DNA from: Oceanispirochaeta sp.
Lineage (GTDB): Bacteria; Spirochaetota; Spirochaetia; DSM-2461
NCBI GenBank assembly: GCA_963663385.2
Contig: CAXXXD010000002.1
Coordinates: 672,001 to 736,000, forward strand
DNA: 64,000 nt
Direction: 5' to 3'
The stretch's first letter is position 1, and every line of letters begins with the position of its first letter. Below are positions 50,722-60,989 of this stretch, piece by piece. The translations under genes and the position numbers were made by a program. The notes under the pieces were generated by a model. The model worked only from the letters and a program-made list of their open reading frames with translations. It did no database searches and had not been told where the DNA came from.

Positions 50722-51875
50722 GACAGACGGCTCCTGAAGTCGCTATATCCAAAATGCTTCACCAGCTGCAGCTGTCCGCTCCCGGAATCGTAAAGGTATT
50801 GGCTCGGCAGTCCTATGCCGTTGAAAGTCGTGGTTTTTACCATGGTGTAGTGGGCCATATCGCAGAATACCACTTTATCTCCGGCTGCCAGGGGAGTATC
50901 GAAACTGTAGTCTCCTATCACGTCTCCGGCCAGACAGGTTACCCCCCCCAGACGGTAGGTTACAGCCTTTTCTCCCCCCCTGCCGGCACCGGCAATCTCC
51001 GGCCTGTAGGGCATTTCAAGCACATCGGGCATATGACAGCTGGCGGAAGTATCCAGAATAGCCAGATCACCGCGGTTCCTGTGTATGTCCAGAACCGTGG
51101 CGACAAGATAGCCCGCATTCAGGGCCCAGGCTTCTCCCGGTTCAAGATAGACCTTTACCCCGTACCGTTTACGGATTTCCAGGATGAGTTCTGTCAGTTC
51201 ATCGGTCCTGTAGCCTTCCCTTGTTATATGATGGCCTCCTCCCAGATTGATCCATTTCAAACCTTCCAGTTCATCACCGAGGCTTCTCTCCACTGCTTCC
51301 CAGGTGCGCAGGAGAGCTGAGGAGTCCTTTTCGCAAAGGTTGTGAATATGGAGACCATCCACTTTTTTCAGAAATCCCGCGGGGAGTTCCTCCCGGATGG
51401 TTCCGAGACGGGACAGAGGAGCCGAGGGGTCATAGATCGCTGTGTCGGTCTCCGAATGGGAAGGGTTGTACCGCAGTCCGAAAGAGACTCTTCCGGCATA
51501 CTCCTCCCTTTCGGATGAGAACCGCTCCCACTGGGAGGGCGAATTGAAAATCAGGTGGTCCGAATGCTGAAGCAGCTCCTTCAGACTCTCATGGCTGTAG
51601 GCGGGGCTGTAACTGTGAACTTCCAGTCCCATTTCCTCCCGTCCCAGTCTGGCTTCATGAGGAGAACTGGCGCATATGCCGGAGAGATAGGGCCTGAGAA
51701 GATCGAAGCACGAGAACATGGAGAACCCTTTCAGGGCCAGAAGAACTTCGGCACCGCTTTCCCGGCCTACCGCCTGCATGATCCGCGCATTGTTTTCCAG
51801 CAGGGCCAGGTCTACGACGAATGCAGGACTCTTAATGCCGGAAAGGTCTAATCCTTTAAGGTAATCACATTCCAT
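50718..51875 (-). CDS. nspC: Carboxy(nor)spermidine decarboxylase
   Basis: LLALKGFS, NLGGGHHIT, LEPGEA, HMPDVLEMPYRP, CLAGD, HYTMVKTTTFNG. Confidence 0.95.
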   Translation of the reverse strand: MECDYLKGLDLSGIKSPAFVVDLALLENNARIMQAVGRESGAEVLLALKGFSMFSCFDLLRPYLSGICASSPHEARLGREEMGLEVHSYSPAYSHESLKELLQHSDHLIFNSPSQWERFSSEREEYAGRVSFGLRYNPSHSETDTAIYDPSAPLSRLGTIREELPAGFLKKVDGLHIHNLCEKDSSALLRTWEAVERSLGDELEGLKWINLGGGHHITREGYRTDELTELILEIRKRYGVKVYLEPGEAWALNAGYLVATVLDIHRNRGDLAILDTSASCHMPDVLEMPYRPEIAGAGRGGEKAVTYRLGGVTCLAGDVIGDYSFDTPLAAGDKVVFCDMAHYTMVKTTTFNGIGLPSQYLYDSGSGQLQLVKHFGYSDFRSRLS

Positions 51876-53032
51876 GGCAGTCCGTATACACCCAGGTCGT
51901 CCATAAAAGGATCGGGATCAAACTGTTCCATGTTGAAGACTCCCGTTCCTTTCCATTTCCCTTCCAGGATCATCTTGGCGCCTATCATGGCGGGTACGCC
52001 TGTGGTGTAGCTTATCGCCTGGCTTTGAACCTCCTGAAAGGACTTTTCGTGACTGCAGATGTTATATATGTATTTTTTCAGTGTTTCTCCTTCTCTTTCT
52101 CCCTTGATGATACAGCCTATGCATGTTTTTCCTTTGGTCAGGGGACCCAGACTGCCCGGATCGGGGAGGAGAGATTTGAGAAACTGGAGAGGAATAATCT
52201 CTTTGCCTTCGAAGATCACCGGATCAATCCGGGTCATTCCGACATTCTGCAGAACTTCAAGATGTTTCAGGTAGTTGTCTCCGAAGCTCATCCAGAACTG
52301 GGCCTTTTTCAGGGTCGGGAAATTCAGGGTCAGCGATTCCAGCTCTTCATGGTACATCCTGTAAATATTGTAGGTTCCCACGTTTTCGGGACATGAGAAG
52401 GACTTTTTCCGGCTCATGGCAGTGGTTTTGACAAACTCACCGTCTTCCCAGTGACGGCAGGGTGCTGTTACCTCCCGGATATTGATTTCCGGGTTGAAGT
52501 TGGTAGCGAAGGGCTGTCCGTGATCCCCTCCGTTCACATCTATAATATCCAGCTCATGGATTTCATCAAAATAATGCTTACTCAAATAGGCCGTGAATAC
52601 ATTGGTTACACCAGGGTCGAAACCGCTGCCCAGAAGGGCCATCAGGCCCTTTTCCCTGAAACGGTCCTGATACTCCCACTGCCATCTGTATTCGAATCTG
52701 GCTGTCTCCGGCGGTTCGTAGTTGGCCGTATCCAGGTAGTTTACTCCCGCATTCAGGCAGGCGTCCATTATAGACAGATCCTGATAGGGAAGGGCCACGT
52801 TTATAACAAGGTCGGGTTTGTGTTTTTTTAAAAGCGCCGTCAGCTCATCCACGTTATCCGCATCAACCTGTTCGGTTACAACGGGCATGTCAATCTGGTC
52901 GGCAATGGCGTCGCATTTGCTCTTTGTTCTGCTGGCCAGTACTATTTCACCGAATACTTCGGGAACCTGGGCGCATTTCCGGGTTACTACGGAGCCGACG
53001 CCTCCGGCGCCGATAATCATTACTTTGGACAT
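51848..53032 (-). CDS. Carboxy(nor)spermidine dehydrogenase (saccharopine dehydrogenase family)
   Basis: IIGAGGVG, NVALPYQDL, YLDTANYE, GSGFDPG, FATNFNPEINIRE, SYTTGVP; adjacent to nspC. Confidence 0.93.
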   Translation of the reverse strand: MSKVMIIGAGGVGSVVTRKCAQVPEVFGEIVLASRTKSKCDAIADQIDMPVVTEQVDADNVDELTALLKKHKPDLVINVALPYQDLSIMDACLNAGVNYLDTANYEPPETARFEYRWQWEYQDRFREKGLMALLGSGFDPGVTNVFTAYLSKHYFDEIHELDIIDVNGGDHGQPFATNFNPEINIREVTAPCRHWEDGEFVKTTAMSRKKSFSCPENVGTYNIYRMYHEELESLTLNFPTLKKAQFWMSFGDNYLKHLEVLQNVGMTRIDPVIFEGKEIIPLQFLKSLLPDPGSLGPLTKGKTCIGCIIKGEREGETLKKYIYNICSHEKSFQEVQSQAISYTTGVPAMIGAKMILEGKWKGTGVFNMEQFDPDPFMDDLGVYGLPWNVITLKD

Positions 53033-53034
53033 AC

Positions 53035-54963
53035 TCAATAATTCTCCCTTTCATAATAGGTATAGCCTCTGAGGCTTTTTTCAAAACATGAAACGATGTT
53101 CTGCCTTTCCCGGGGGCTTATCAGTCCTTCTTTAACAGCTCTTTCCGCTTTCCGCCGGTATTTGTCCAGCAGGTTTTTGGGATCGTACTCCACATAGCTC
53201 AGAACATCGGCAACAGAATCGCCCTCCAGCTCGCGTGTAATTTCAAATGATAAATCCTCTTTCACACGGATACTCACCACATTGGTGTCCCCGAACAGGT
53301 TGTGGAGGTCTCCCAGGGTTTCCTGATAGGCTCCAACCAGGAAAAATCCCAGGTAATAATCCTCGTCGGTTTCGATTTCATGTACAGGCAGGGTCTTTTC
53401 AAGTTCTTTCAAACTGATGAATTTGTTGATCTGACCATCGCAGTCGCAGGTAATATCCGCCAGTATCGCCCGTCTGGTGGGAGCTTCGGAAAGACGGGAA
53501 AGGGGCATGACCGGGAATATCTGATCGATAGCCCACACATCGGGGAGCGACTGAAACAGGCTGAAGTTGGCGTAGTAGATATCCGCCAGGTTCTCATCGA
53601 TATTTTCCAGTCCCGGCGGGAGTTTCTTCATCCTGTTCATCTGTCCCTGGATGCGGTGGATGATAGTGAGATAGATATTCTCGCACAGTGAACGCTGCCG
53701 CAGTGTGACCTGACCGTATTTGAACAGCTGATGCATCTGGTCCCGGTAGAACAGGGCATCATTGAAACATTCCTGAAGGTTCTTGCTGTTCATGTCAGTC
53801 AGAATCGCCATCATATTATGGATCAGTTCAGGAGAATCCTCCGGAAGAGTCTCTGGAAGCGGGGTGGCTTCGAAACTGGTCACGTCAAGTATGTTTACCA
53901 GGAGAACCGAGTAGTAAGCGACAGTCGCCCTGCCCGACTCGGACATCAGAATAGGATGGGGGATCTCTTCCTCGGTGAACACCGACATGAGAACTTCCAC
54001 AATATCGTTTGCATACTCGTCCAGGGTATAGTTGCGGCTGTGCATGTAATTAGTCTGTGAGCCGTCATAGTCCACAGCCAGTCCGCCTCCCAGATCAAAG
54101 TACCCCATGGTTGCCCCTTCGGCTATAAGGCCTCCGTACAGGCGCGCCGCCTCCAGAATGGACTGTCTGATGTCCCGGATATTCGGTACCTGCGAACCCA
54201 GATGGAAATGCAGAAGCTTCAGGTAGGACAGTTTTCCCTGTTCTTTCAGCTGGTCAACAATCTGGATAATCTGGGTGCTTGTCAGACCGAAAAGGCTTCG
54301 GTCTCCTCCGGATTCGCTCCAGTGTCCTCCCGCCCGGGCGGATACTTTGAATCTCACTCCAAGAAGAGGGGCTACCTGAAGAGCTTCGGCCCGCCGAAGG
54401 ATTAAATTCAGTTCTCCGGGCATTTCGAGAACCAGGAAAACCTTGTATCCCATTCGAGTCGCCTGCAGCGCCAGGTCGACGAACTCTTCATCCTTGTAGC
54501 CATTGCAGACAAGGCAGGACTCCCTGTCTTCCATAATTGCCAGCGCGGCTATTAACTCCGCCTTGCTTCCCGCTTCCAGCCCATGGTGATAACGGGCGCC
54601 GAAACGGGTAATTTCCTGGAGAACCTGCTCCTGCTGGTTGACCTTGATAGGGAAAATCCCTCTGTATTCGTTCTGATATTTCTGTTCTTTGATCGCTTTT
54701 CTGAATGATTCATTCAGAAGGGTTATCCGTGAATCCAGAAAGTTCTCTATTCGCAGAAGGACAGGAAGATTCATTCCCCGTTCTGTAATCCCCGAAATTA
54801 TTTCCTTGAATGGTATTGTGATTTTCGTACCATTCACAGTTGTCTTAATACATAATTCCCCTTCGTCATTGATCCCGTAATAACCGTCACCCCATTCGTG
54901 GATACCGTAAAGGTCAGAAGATTTATGCCGATTCCAGCTATTCCAGACGTCTTTTCCTGTCAA
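53035..54963 (-). CDS. speA: Biosynthetic arginine decarboxylase
   Basis: PIKVNQ, GLEAGSKAEL, HFHLGSQ, DLGGGLAVDYDGS, ESGRA, FQSLPD, GAYQE. Confidence 0.96.
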   Translation of the reverse strand: MTGKDVWNSWNRHKSSDLYGIHEWGDGYYGINDEGELCIKTTVNGTKITIPFKEIISGITERGMNLPVLLRIENFLDSRITLLNESFRKAIKEQKYQNEYRGIFPIKVNQQEQVLQEITRFGARYHHGLEAGSKAELIAALAIMEDRESCLVCNGYKDEEFVDLALQATRMGYKVFLVLEMPGELNLILRRAEALQVAPLLGVRFKVSARAGGHWSESGGDRSLFGLTSTQIIQIVDQLKEQGKLSYLKLLHFHLGSQVPNIRDIRQSILEAARLYGGLIAEGATMGYFDLGGGLAVDYDGSQTNYMHSRNYTLDEYANDIVEVLMSVFTEEEIPHPILMSESGRATVAYYSVLLVNILDVTSFEATPLPETLPEDSPELIHNMMAILTDMNSKNLQECFNDALFYRDQMHQLFKYGQVTLRQRSLCENIYLTIIHRIQGQMNRMKKLPPGLENIDENLADIYYANFSLFQSLPDVWAIDQIFPVMPLSRLSEAPTRRAILADITCDCDGQINKFISLKELEKTLPVHEIETDEDYYLGFFLVGAYQETLGDLHNLFGDTNVVSIRVKEDLSFEITRELEGDSVADVLSYVEYDPKNLLDKYRRKAERAVKEGLISPRERQNIVSCFEKSLRGYTYYERENY

Positions 54964-55309
54964 TAGACAACCCTCCCCGTGTTATAGATATTCATCATAA
55001 AACAGAAAATTAAACATCGTAATATTTCGTATATATTTTATGAGAAGTCAATGTCATTTCAGTAATTATTGAAAAAAAACAGCCCGTTCCATCCTCTATC
55101 GGACTTTTTCCAGTGATTATCCAGTGGCAACCGATGGAACCATAGTTACAGAAGACGTCGGTACCCCCCTATTATTTCCTGTATAAATATCTTCGATTGG
55201 TTAAATATTTATCTTTTTCGTTTTACTTTTTACCGTAAAATCCAATATTCCTATATATATAGAGGTTTCAAATCCGGTAGGGCCGGGAAATAAGGAATTG
55301 CCAATTTCA

Positions 55310-55807
55310 ATCTTCCCGTAGTGGATGAATAAAAGTACTTAATACGGGTGCCGAATTCTCTATAGGCAATAGAGCCGCGGAGAATCGGGAGCCATAGGAG
55401 TGCAGTTTTTTGATAATGGAACGGACGCCCTGATCTATCTGGAGAAGAGTGGGCCCCCGGATATACTTATTACCGATATGCTGATGCCGGAAATCAATGG
55501 ATTGAAGATACGGGGAATATTAAATATCAGTCATACATATGGAGGCAACTGTTTATTATTGAACCAATGGGAAATCCCCGTTCCCTATATTGAGGCGGCC
55601 TTACATTACCGGGATCCCTCAATATATGACGGTGAAAACCGGGGAATTGTGAACACCCATCCTATCGGCTCACACATCGCCCGGCGCAGGCTGAATCAGG
55701 AAATTTTCAATTACCCGCTGCAGATGAATGGGGTGAAAGCAATCGACTGTAATTCAGAAGACATTGAGGGACTGATTCGCAGCACCTGTACTGACCCGGT
55801 GGCCTAG
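55310..55807 (+). pseudogene. Collapsed receiver + HDOD-domain regulator remnant
   Basis: Receiver fragment DALIYLEK...DILITDMLMPEINGLKI joined directly to an HDOD-like tail (ISHTYGG..LLNQWEIP..YIEAALHYRDP); no intact start. Confidence 0.55.
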
Positions 55808-55819
55808 TACTGTCAGCTT

Positions 55820-56164
55820 TTATATGGTGTTTTTCAACAGGTTATCGTATGAAAACTTCGCCATTTTATAACGCCATCTGGTAAAGGGGTTCCGGGTTCC
55901 CTTAATGATAATTTCAATATTTGTAATATTAAGTTTGAGCACGCACTTCTGTACGCTTGGTTTGAGATTCTTGAAAGCCCTGCTTCCGGGGGCCTGGCCC
56001 GTTTGTAAAAATGCAGTAAGAGCTTTTCTGTCGGAGCCTGATAAAAGCTTGAGCATTTTCTTGAGTCTTTTTTCCTGTTTGGTTTGTATCTCTTTTTGTA
56101 TCTCCGGTTTCAGTTTCAAAGGTTCACTCTCCAGGTAAGGATGTTTTTTATTTAATTCAAGCAA
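55820..56164 (-). CDS. Hypothetical basic protein
   Basis: 114-aa Lys-rich ORF with TTG start in otherwise empty space. Confidence 0.55.
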   Translation of the reverse strand: MLELNKKHPYLESEPLKLKPEIQKEIQTKQEKRLKKMLKLLSGSDRKALTAFLQTGQAPGSRAFKNLKPSVQKCVLKLNITNIEIIIKGTRNPFTRWRYKMAKFSYDNLLKNTI

Positions 56165-56377
56165 AGATTCTACAACATAATGGAAGAAAAGAGAAAGACG
56201 GAACCAAAAAAAGCTTGCATAGATTGTTGAAAACAGCGGTTAATATTTTATCCCTGTCATTATGGGATTATTTCTTTTTTATCATCTGCCAGAGGGCTTT
56301 TATAGACTTACTGGAAATCGACTTGCTTACATTGGGCAGTCCCTGAACATCATTGATTATTCCGAGCTTCCCGTTTT

Positions 56378-57304
56378 TCAGTTTGCTCCTGTATGAACCT
56401 TCAATCCTGCCAACCGGCCTATCTCAGCCCATTCTTCGCATACTGATTCATCCAGATTGGGAACAGATCCCATGGCATATTCCATTCCCAGTCCTTCATA
56501 TTTGCCAAGTCCCAAACGGTGAAAGGCAAGGAGCTCCACTTGCTGTGCCGCCGTCTGCTCCTTGATGAACCGGAACATAGCCGAAATATCTTCCCTGCTG
56601 CTGTTTACATCAGGGATAACTGGTATCCGAATGATCAGATTTTTATGGTGTCGGGAAAGCCACTTTAAATTTTCCTGTATCTGTTCAGGGTAAACCCCGA
56701 TATTGGCATAATGCCTGTCCCGATCAATATGTTTAAGGTCAAAATAAATAAGATCTATCAGTTCTGAAACCGATTTCAATACAGAAAGGGAGACCAATCC
56801 TGCTGTTTCTAAAGTTGTATGAATCCCTTCTTCCCGGCACATCCGGGCCAGTTCCATAATAAAATCACTCTGAAGCAGCGGTTCCCCTCCGGAAAATGTA
56901 ACCCCGCCCCCTGAATTCCGGTAGAAAGAGTTGTCCCGGCGGATCTGTATCATTACTTCTTCTGCAGAGAGGGCGTTACCGATCAACCGTCTGGCATCAG
57001 AAAAGCAGACCTCTGAGCATTTCCCGCAGGCAGTACATTTATTATGATCAGTAATCAGGCCGAATACCGGATCTTCAGATATAGCTTTTTGAGGGCATAT
57101 TTCCAGGCAGCGGCTGCAGCCAATGCATTTGTTGCGAAAGTACATGATTTGAGGGGCTGTTTTCTGTGACTCGGGATTTTGACACCACAGGCAGCGAAGA
57201 TTGCAACCTTTAAAAAAAATAACGGTTCGGATTCCCGGGCCGTCTTTGGTGGCATAGCGTTCTATATCAAATATGGTTGCTTTATTTACTGTTTTTGCGG
57301 ACAT
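56378..57304 (-). CDS. Glycyl-radical enzyme activating protein with ferredoxin insert
   Basis: DGPGIRT, GCNLRCLWCQNPES, two CxxCxxCxxxC clusters, GGVTFSGGEP. Confidence 0.95.
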   Translation of the reverse strand: MSAKTVNKATIFDIERYATKDGPGIRTVIFFKGCNLRCLWCQNPESQKTAPQIMYFRNKCIGCSRCLEICPQKAISEDPVFGLITDHNKCTACGKCSEVCFSDARRLIGNALSAEEVMIQIRRDNSFYRNSGGGVTFSGGEPLLQSDFIMELARMCREEGIHTTLETAGLVSLSVLKSVSELIDLIYFDLKHIDRDRHYANIGVYPEQIQENLKWLSRHHKNLIIRIPVIPDVNSSREDISAMFRFIKEQTAAQQVELLAFHRLGLGKYEGLGMEYAMGSVPNLDESVCEEWAEIGRLAGLKVHTGAN

Positions 57305-58302
57305 TTGATGCAGGTCTCTCCAATCTTCAGTTTAGTCGGAATAATCACGCGTTCCGGATCTGTATGCGTCTCCGTGTTGTTTAATTTGTTAAGCATGATC
57401 TCGAAGGACTTCTCGCAAAGTTCATCAAGATTCTGTTGGACAGCTGTGAGCTCTGATGAAAAGCGGCTGTATAAGGGGATGTCGTCGAAACCTACGAGTG
57501 AAATGTCTCCAGGAATGGAAATCCCCATGGTTTTTGCCTTTGTAAGGACTCCGAATGCCATCTGATCATTTGCGCAGAATATGGCCGTCGGCCAGTTGGG
57601 GAGGCTTAAGAAATATTCAAAAGCGGCAATACCGGATTCAAAGCGTAAATTCCCCTGGTATAGAAAGTCCTGATTCAGGGGAATTCCGTATTTTTCCAAT
57701 GTGTCTTTATATCCCCTGTAACGATCCTCTGCAGAAGTCCATCCTTGAGGACCGCCAATAAAACCGATTTTTCTGTGCTGTAGCTGGATTAAATATTCGG
57801 TGGCCTGGCACCCCCCCCGGTAGTTATCACTAGTCACTTCCGAGATAATCCCTTTCTTGAAATGGCGGTCTATCATTACTGTCTGGGTTGACTTTGAAGC
57901 TCTTTCTATGGTTGCAGCCGATATCCCTTCTGTAAAAATAATGCCCCCTATTTTATTTTCAAGAAGGTAATCCAGATATACCTGTTCTTTCTCTGTATTA
58001 TTTTCTGTATCGCAAACAGTAAGGGGAATGCGCTGCTCCATGGCTTTGTGTCCGATTTTACGGACAATCTGGGCAAAAAACGGATTCAGGATATCAAATA
58101 CAAACAGGGCAAGACCCCATTGGGATTTTGAACTCAACCGTGAGGCGAACGGATTTGGTTTATATCCAACCTCGTCCATCTTATTGAGGATCTGAAGGCG
58201 TAACGGTTCTGCTACCAGTTCCGGATGATTCAGTACTCTGGATACAGTCGTGGGAGAGGTATTGCAGATTTCTGCTATCTTCTTGATGTTATATTTACTC
58301 AT
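57286..58302 (-). CDS. LacI-family regulator
   Basis: NIKKIAEICNTSPTTVSRVLN HTH; AIFCANDQMAFG, ISLVGFDD. Confidence 0.94.
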   Translation of the reverse strand: MSKYNIKKIAEICNTSPTTVSRVLNHPELVAEPLRLQILNKMDEVGYKPNPFASRLSSKSQWGLALFVFDILNPFFAQIVRKIGHKAMEQRIPLTVCDTENNTEKEQVYLDYLLENKIGGIIFTEGISAATIERASKSTQTVMIDRHFKKGIISEVTSDNYRGGCQATEYLIQLQHRKIGFIGGPQGWTSAEDRYRGYKDTLEKYGIPLNQDFLYQGNLRFESGIAAFEYFLSLPNWPTAIFCANDQMAFGVLTKAKTMGISIPGDISLVGFDDIPLYSRFSSELTAVQQNLDELCEKSFEIMLNKLNNTETHTDPERVIIPTKLKIGETCIKCPQKQ

Positions 58303-58306
58303 TGTT

Positions 58307-58322
58307 ATGAAACCCTTTTCAT
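58307..58322. promoter_or_regulatory. LacI-type operator at lacI start
   Basis: ATGAAACCCTTTTCAT (reverse complement ATGAAAAGGGTTTCAT). Confidence 0.7.
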
Positions 58323-58466
58323 TTGTAAAATCTTACAATCAGAATTCCGAATTGTCAATATTGTAGAAATCTGAAATATAGTAGGAATTTATGGGTTATT
58401 CTTCATTTGAACTCATAAAATTAATTTGTCAAGTAAAATAATCCATGGTAGAATCAAATTAAATGA

Positions 58467-58482
58467 ATGAAAACGGTTTCAT
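58467..58482. promoter_or_regulatory. LacI-type operator at GRE start
   Basis: ATGAAAACGGTTTCAT, CG-centred palindrome. Confidence 0.75.
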
Positions 58483-58497
58483 AAAACGGAGGTTAAA

Positions 58498-60918
58498 ATG
58501 ACTGAACGAATTCAAAAACTTAGAAACGGTCTGTTTGAGAGTATTCCGGCCATATGTCCGGAACGTGCAGTTCTGTTCACCGAATCCATGAAAAAAACAG
58601 AAGGACAGCCGATTGTCAAAAGACGGGCAGAAGCTTTCTATCAGGTCCTTGATCATATGACCATATTTGTCCGGGATGGAGAACTCCTTGTGGGAAATCA
58701 AGCCAGTTCTGTTCATGCCGCACCGGTCTTCCCTGAATACTCTACCGACTGGATTGTAAGTGAATTTAATGGCATGCCGTATCATTTCTCTGAACGTCCC
58801 TGCGACCAATTCTCCTGGACGGAGGAAGCAAAAGATCAAATACTGAATACGATTGCCTACTGGGAGGATAAATCCCTGATCCGGTTAGTTTGGAGTCAAC
58901 TGCCGGAATCAGCAAAAAAGGCCTGGGAAATTAATGCCATAGATGATACCTGGTGTGCTGCCGCAGGGCTTGGTAATATTCTGCCGGATCATGAAATGGT
59001 TTTAAAGGAAGGGTTGAACGGCGTTATTGCCAGAGCGCAGACCCGGCTGGACAGCCTTGATTTAACAGAACCCGATGCCATAAAACAACAATGGTTTCTT
59101 CAGGCTGTTGTCAAGAGTAATGAGGCCGTTCTCCGCTTCGCTGCCCGATTTGCCGATGAACTCGACCGGCTGGCGTCTGAAGAAACAGATACCAGCCGCA
59201 GAGAGGAACTTAAGGTCATGGCTGATAACTGCCGCCGTGTACCTGGCGAACCGGCAGAGACATTCTGGCAGGCTATACAAACAGTCTGGTTTATACAGCT
59301 TGTCCTTCAGATAGAGACTAACGGGCATGCCATCTCTTTAGGCCGATTTGACCAATACCTCTGGCCTTATCTGGAAGCTGATCTGAAATCCGGTATTCTT
59401 TCTGAAGAATTTGCCCTGGAACTGATTGAATCTTTTTTTGTAAAGGCGAATGAAATCAATAAATTGAGATCCTGGCCGGATAGTGAGTTTTTTCCAGGTT
59501 ATCATCTGGCCGAGAACCTGGCTATCGGGGGACAGACAAAGGATGGTTTGGATGCGGTAAATAAACTGAGCGAACTTGTTCTGAAGTCAACGGCGGAGAT
59601 GGGTTTGACAAAACCGTCGGTTTCTGTGAAATGGTTTGAGGGAACAGGGGACAGATTTATGCATCAAGCCCTGGAGACAATTCAGACTCATCAGGGAGGG
59701 CAGCCTGCTCTTTATAATGATATCTGTGTTATGAATATCCTGCGGAATATGGGAATCCATGAGGAGGATCTGTATAACTGGGCTCCGGTGGGATGTATTG
59801 AATCTTCCATCCCCGGAAAATGGGATTTTGCCGCTAAGGGCTCCTGGCTGAATCTTGGTAAAATATTTGAAATTACTATAAATAACGGTATCGATCCGGC
59901 CACAGGGGTACAGCTTCTGCCGGGAGATGGTACGCTTGAAACCTTTTCAAGCGCGGATGACATTTTGAAGGCCTATAAAAAACAGTTGTATTTTTACATG
60001 CAGCAGCAGGTTATTGTTGAGCATATTAGCGATGAGATGCACATTCTTCATGATCAGAATGCCTTCCGTTCTTCTCTGGTACATGACTGTATTAAAAGGG
60101 GAAAGTCCCTGATTGAGGGCGGAGCTGTATATACCGCCGACGGCGGACCTACAGCTGGCGCCATGACTGTGGGAGATTCCATCGCAGCCATCGACTGGGC
60201 TGTTTTCGATAAAAAACTGTTTACAGCCGAGCAGCTGGTTCATGCCTTAAAAACAAATTTTGAAGACCAGAGTACATCCCCAACGGGTAATGAGATCCGG
60301 TTGACTCTTATAAACAAGGTTCCGAAATTTGGAAATGATGATGACTACGCGGATAGGTGGACTGTTGCTATCGATGATTTTCTGGGGGAAACCTATTTTA
60401 CCAAATTTAAAAGCTCCCGATATGGAAAGGGGCCTGTTCCTGCTACGTTTGCCTTAAGTCAGAGCTCTGTTACCGGAAATATCGCTTTTGGTAAATCCGT
60501 GGGTGCCCTGCCAAACGGGCGTAAAGCCGGAACTGCAACAAATAACGGAGTTTCTCCCTCTAATGGAATGGAGCAGAATGGCCCAACTGCGTTAATCAAT
60601 TCAGAAGCCAAACTCCCCAGCAAATGGTTCCAGAAAGGATCTCTGTTTAATATGCGTTTATCTGCCGACAGTCTGCTGACAGAAGCGGGCCGGGACCGAA
60701 TTCTGGCTTTGGTGAAAACTCACTTCCTTAACAATCAGTACCATGTACAGTTTAATGTCGTTGATGATGAGACCTTAATTGATGCACAGGAGCATCCCGA
60801 GGAATACAGAGACCTGATGGTTAGAATTGCCGGTTACAGTGCTTTCTTTACTCCATTGAATAAAGAACTGCAGGACGATGTCATAGAAAGGATGCGATTT
60901 GAAGTGAATAAGAGTTGA
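58498..60918 (+). CDS. Glycyl-radical enzyme (eliminase/PFL2-like), substrate unknown
   Basis: 806 aa; ISLGRFDQYL, Cys loop VGCIES, KFGNDDD, Gly loop VRIAGYSAFF. Confidence 0.93.
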   Translation: MTERIQKLRNGLFESIPAICPERAVLFTESMKKTEGQPIVKRRAEAFYQVLDHMTIFVRDGELLVGNQASSVHAAPVFPEYSTDWIVSEFNGMPYHFSERPCDQFSWTEEAKDQILNTIAYWEDKSLIRLVWSQLPESAKKAWEINAIDDTWCAAAGLGNILPDHEMVLKEGLNGVIARAQTRLDSLDLTEPDAIKQQWFLQAVVKSNEAVLRFAARFADELDRLASEETDTSRREELKVMADNCRRVPGEPAETFWQAIQTVWFIQLVLQIETNGHAISLGRFDQYLWPYLEADLKSGILSEEFALELIESFFVKANEINKLRSWPDSEFFPGYHLAENLAIGGQTKDGLDAVNKLSELVLKSTAEMGLTKPSVSVKWFEGTGDRFMHQALETIQTHQGGQPALYNDICVMNILRNMGIHEEDLYNWAPVGCIESSIPGKWDFAAKGSWLNLGKIFEITINNGIDPATGVQLLPGDGTLETFSSADDILKAYKKQLYFYMQQQVIVEHISDEMHILHDQNAFRSSLVHDCIKRGKSLIEGGAVYTADGGPTAGAMTVGDSIAAIDWAVFDKKLFTAEQLVHALKTNFEDQSTSPTGNEIRLTLINKVPKFGNDDDYADRWTVAIDDFLGETYFTKFKSSRYGKGPVPATFALSQSSVTGNIAFGKSVGALPNGRKAGTATNNGVSPSNGMEQNGPTALINSEAKLPSKWFQKGSLFNMRLSADSLLTEAGRDRILALVKTHFLNNQYHVQFNVVDDETLIDAQEHPEEYRDLMVRIAGYSAFFTPLNKELQDDVIERMRFEVNKS

Positions 60919-60932
60919 TTCTCGATAAAAGT

Positions 60933-60972
60933 AAAGAACAATCCTTGTGGTAACAGCTGAGGGTTGTTCTTT
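60933..60972. terminator. Bidirectional terminator between GRE and DeoR
   Basis: AAAGAACAATCCT...GAGGGTTGTTCTTT inverted repeat between convergent genes. Confidence 0.65.
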
Positions 60973-60989
60973 GCAGTTTTTATATTCAA

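Noticed and set aside
55261..55400. Riboswitch upstream of speA or the 55400 ORF
   Set aside because: No recognisable aptamer consensus; better explained as the decayed 5' end of a receiver-domain gene
58498..60918. Calling the GRE pyruvate formate-lyase (pflB), cutC or a diol dehydratase
   Set aside because: Lacks the PFL Cys-Cys pair; substrate-determining segments not recognisably those of the named enzymes
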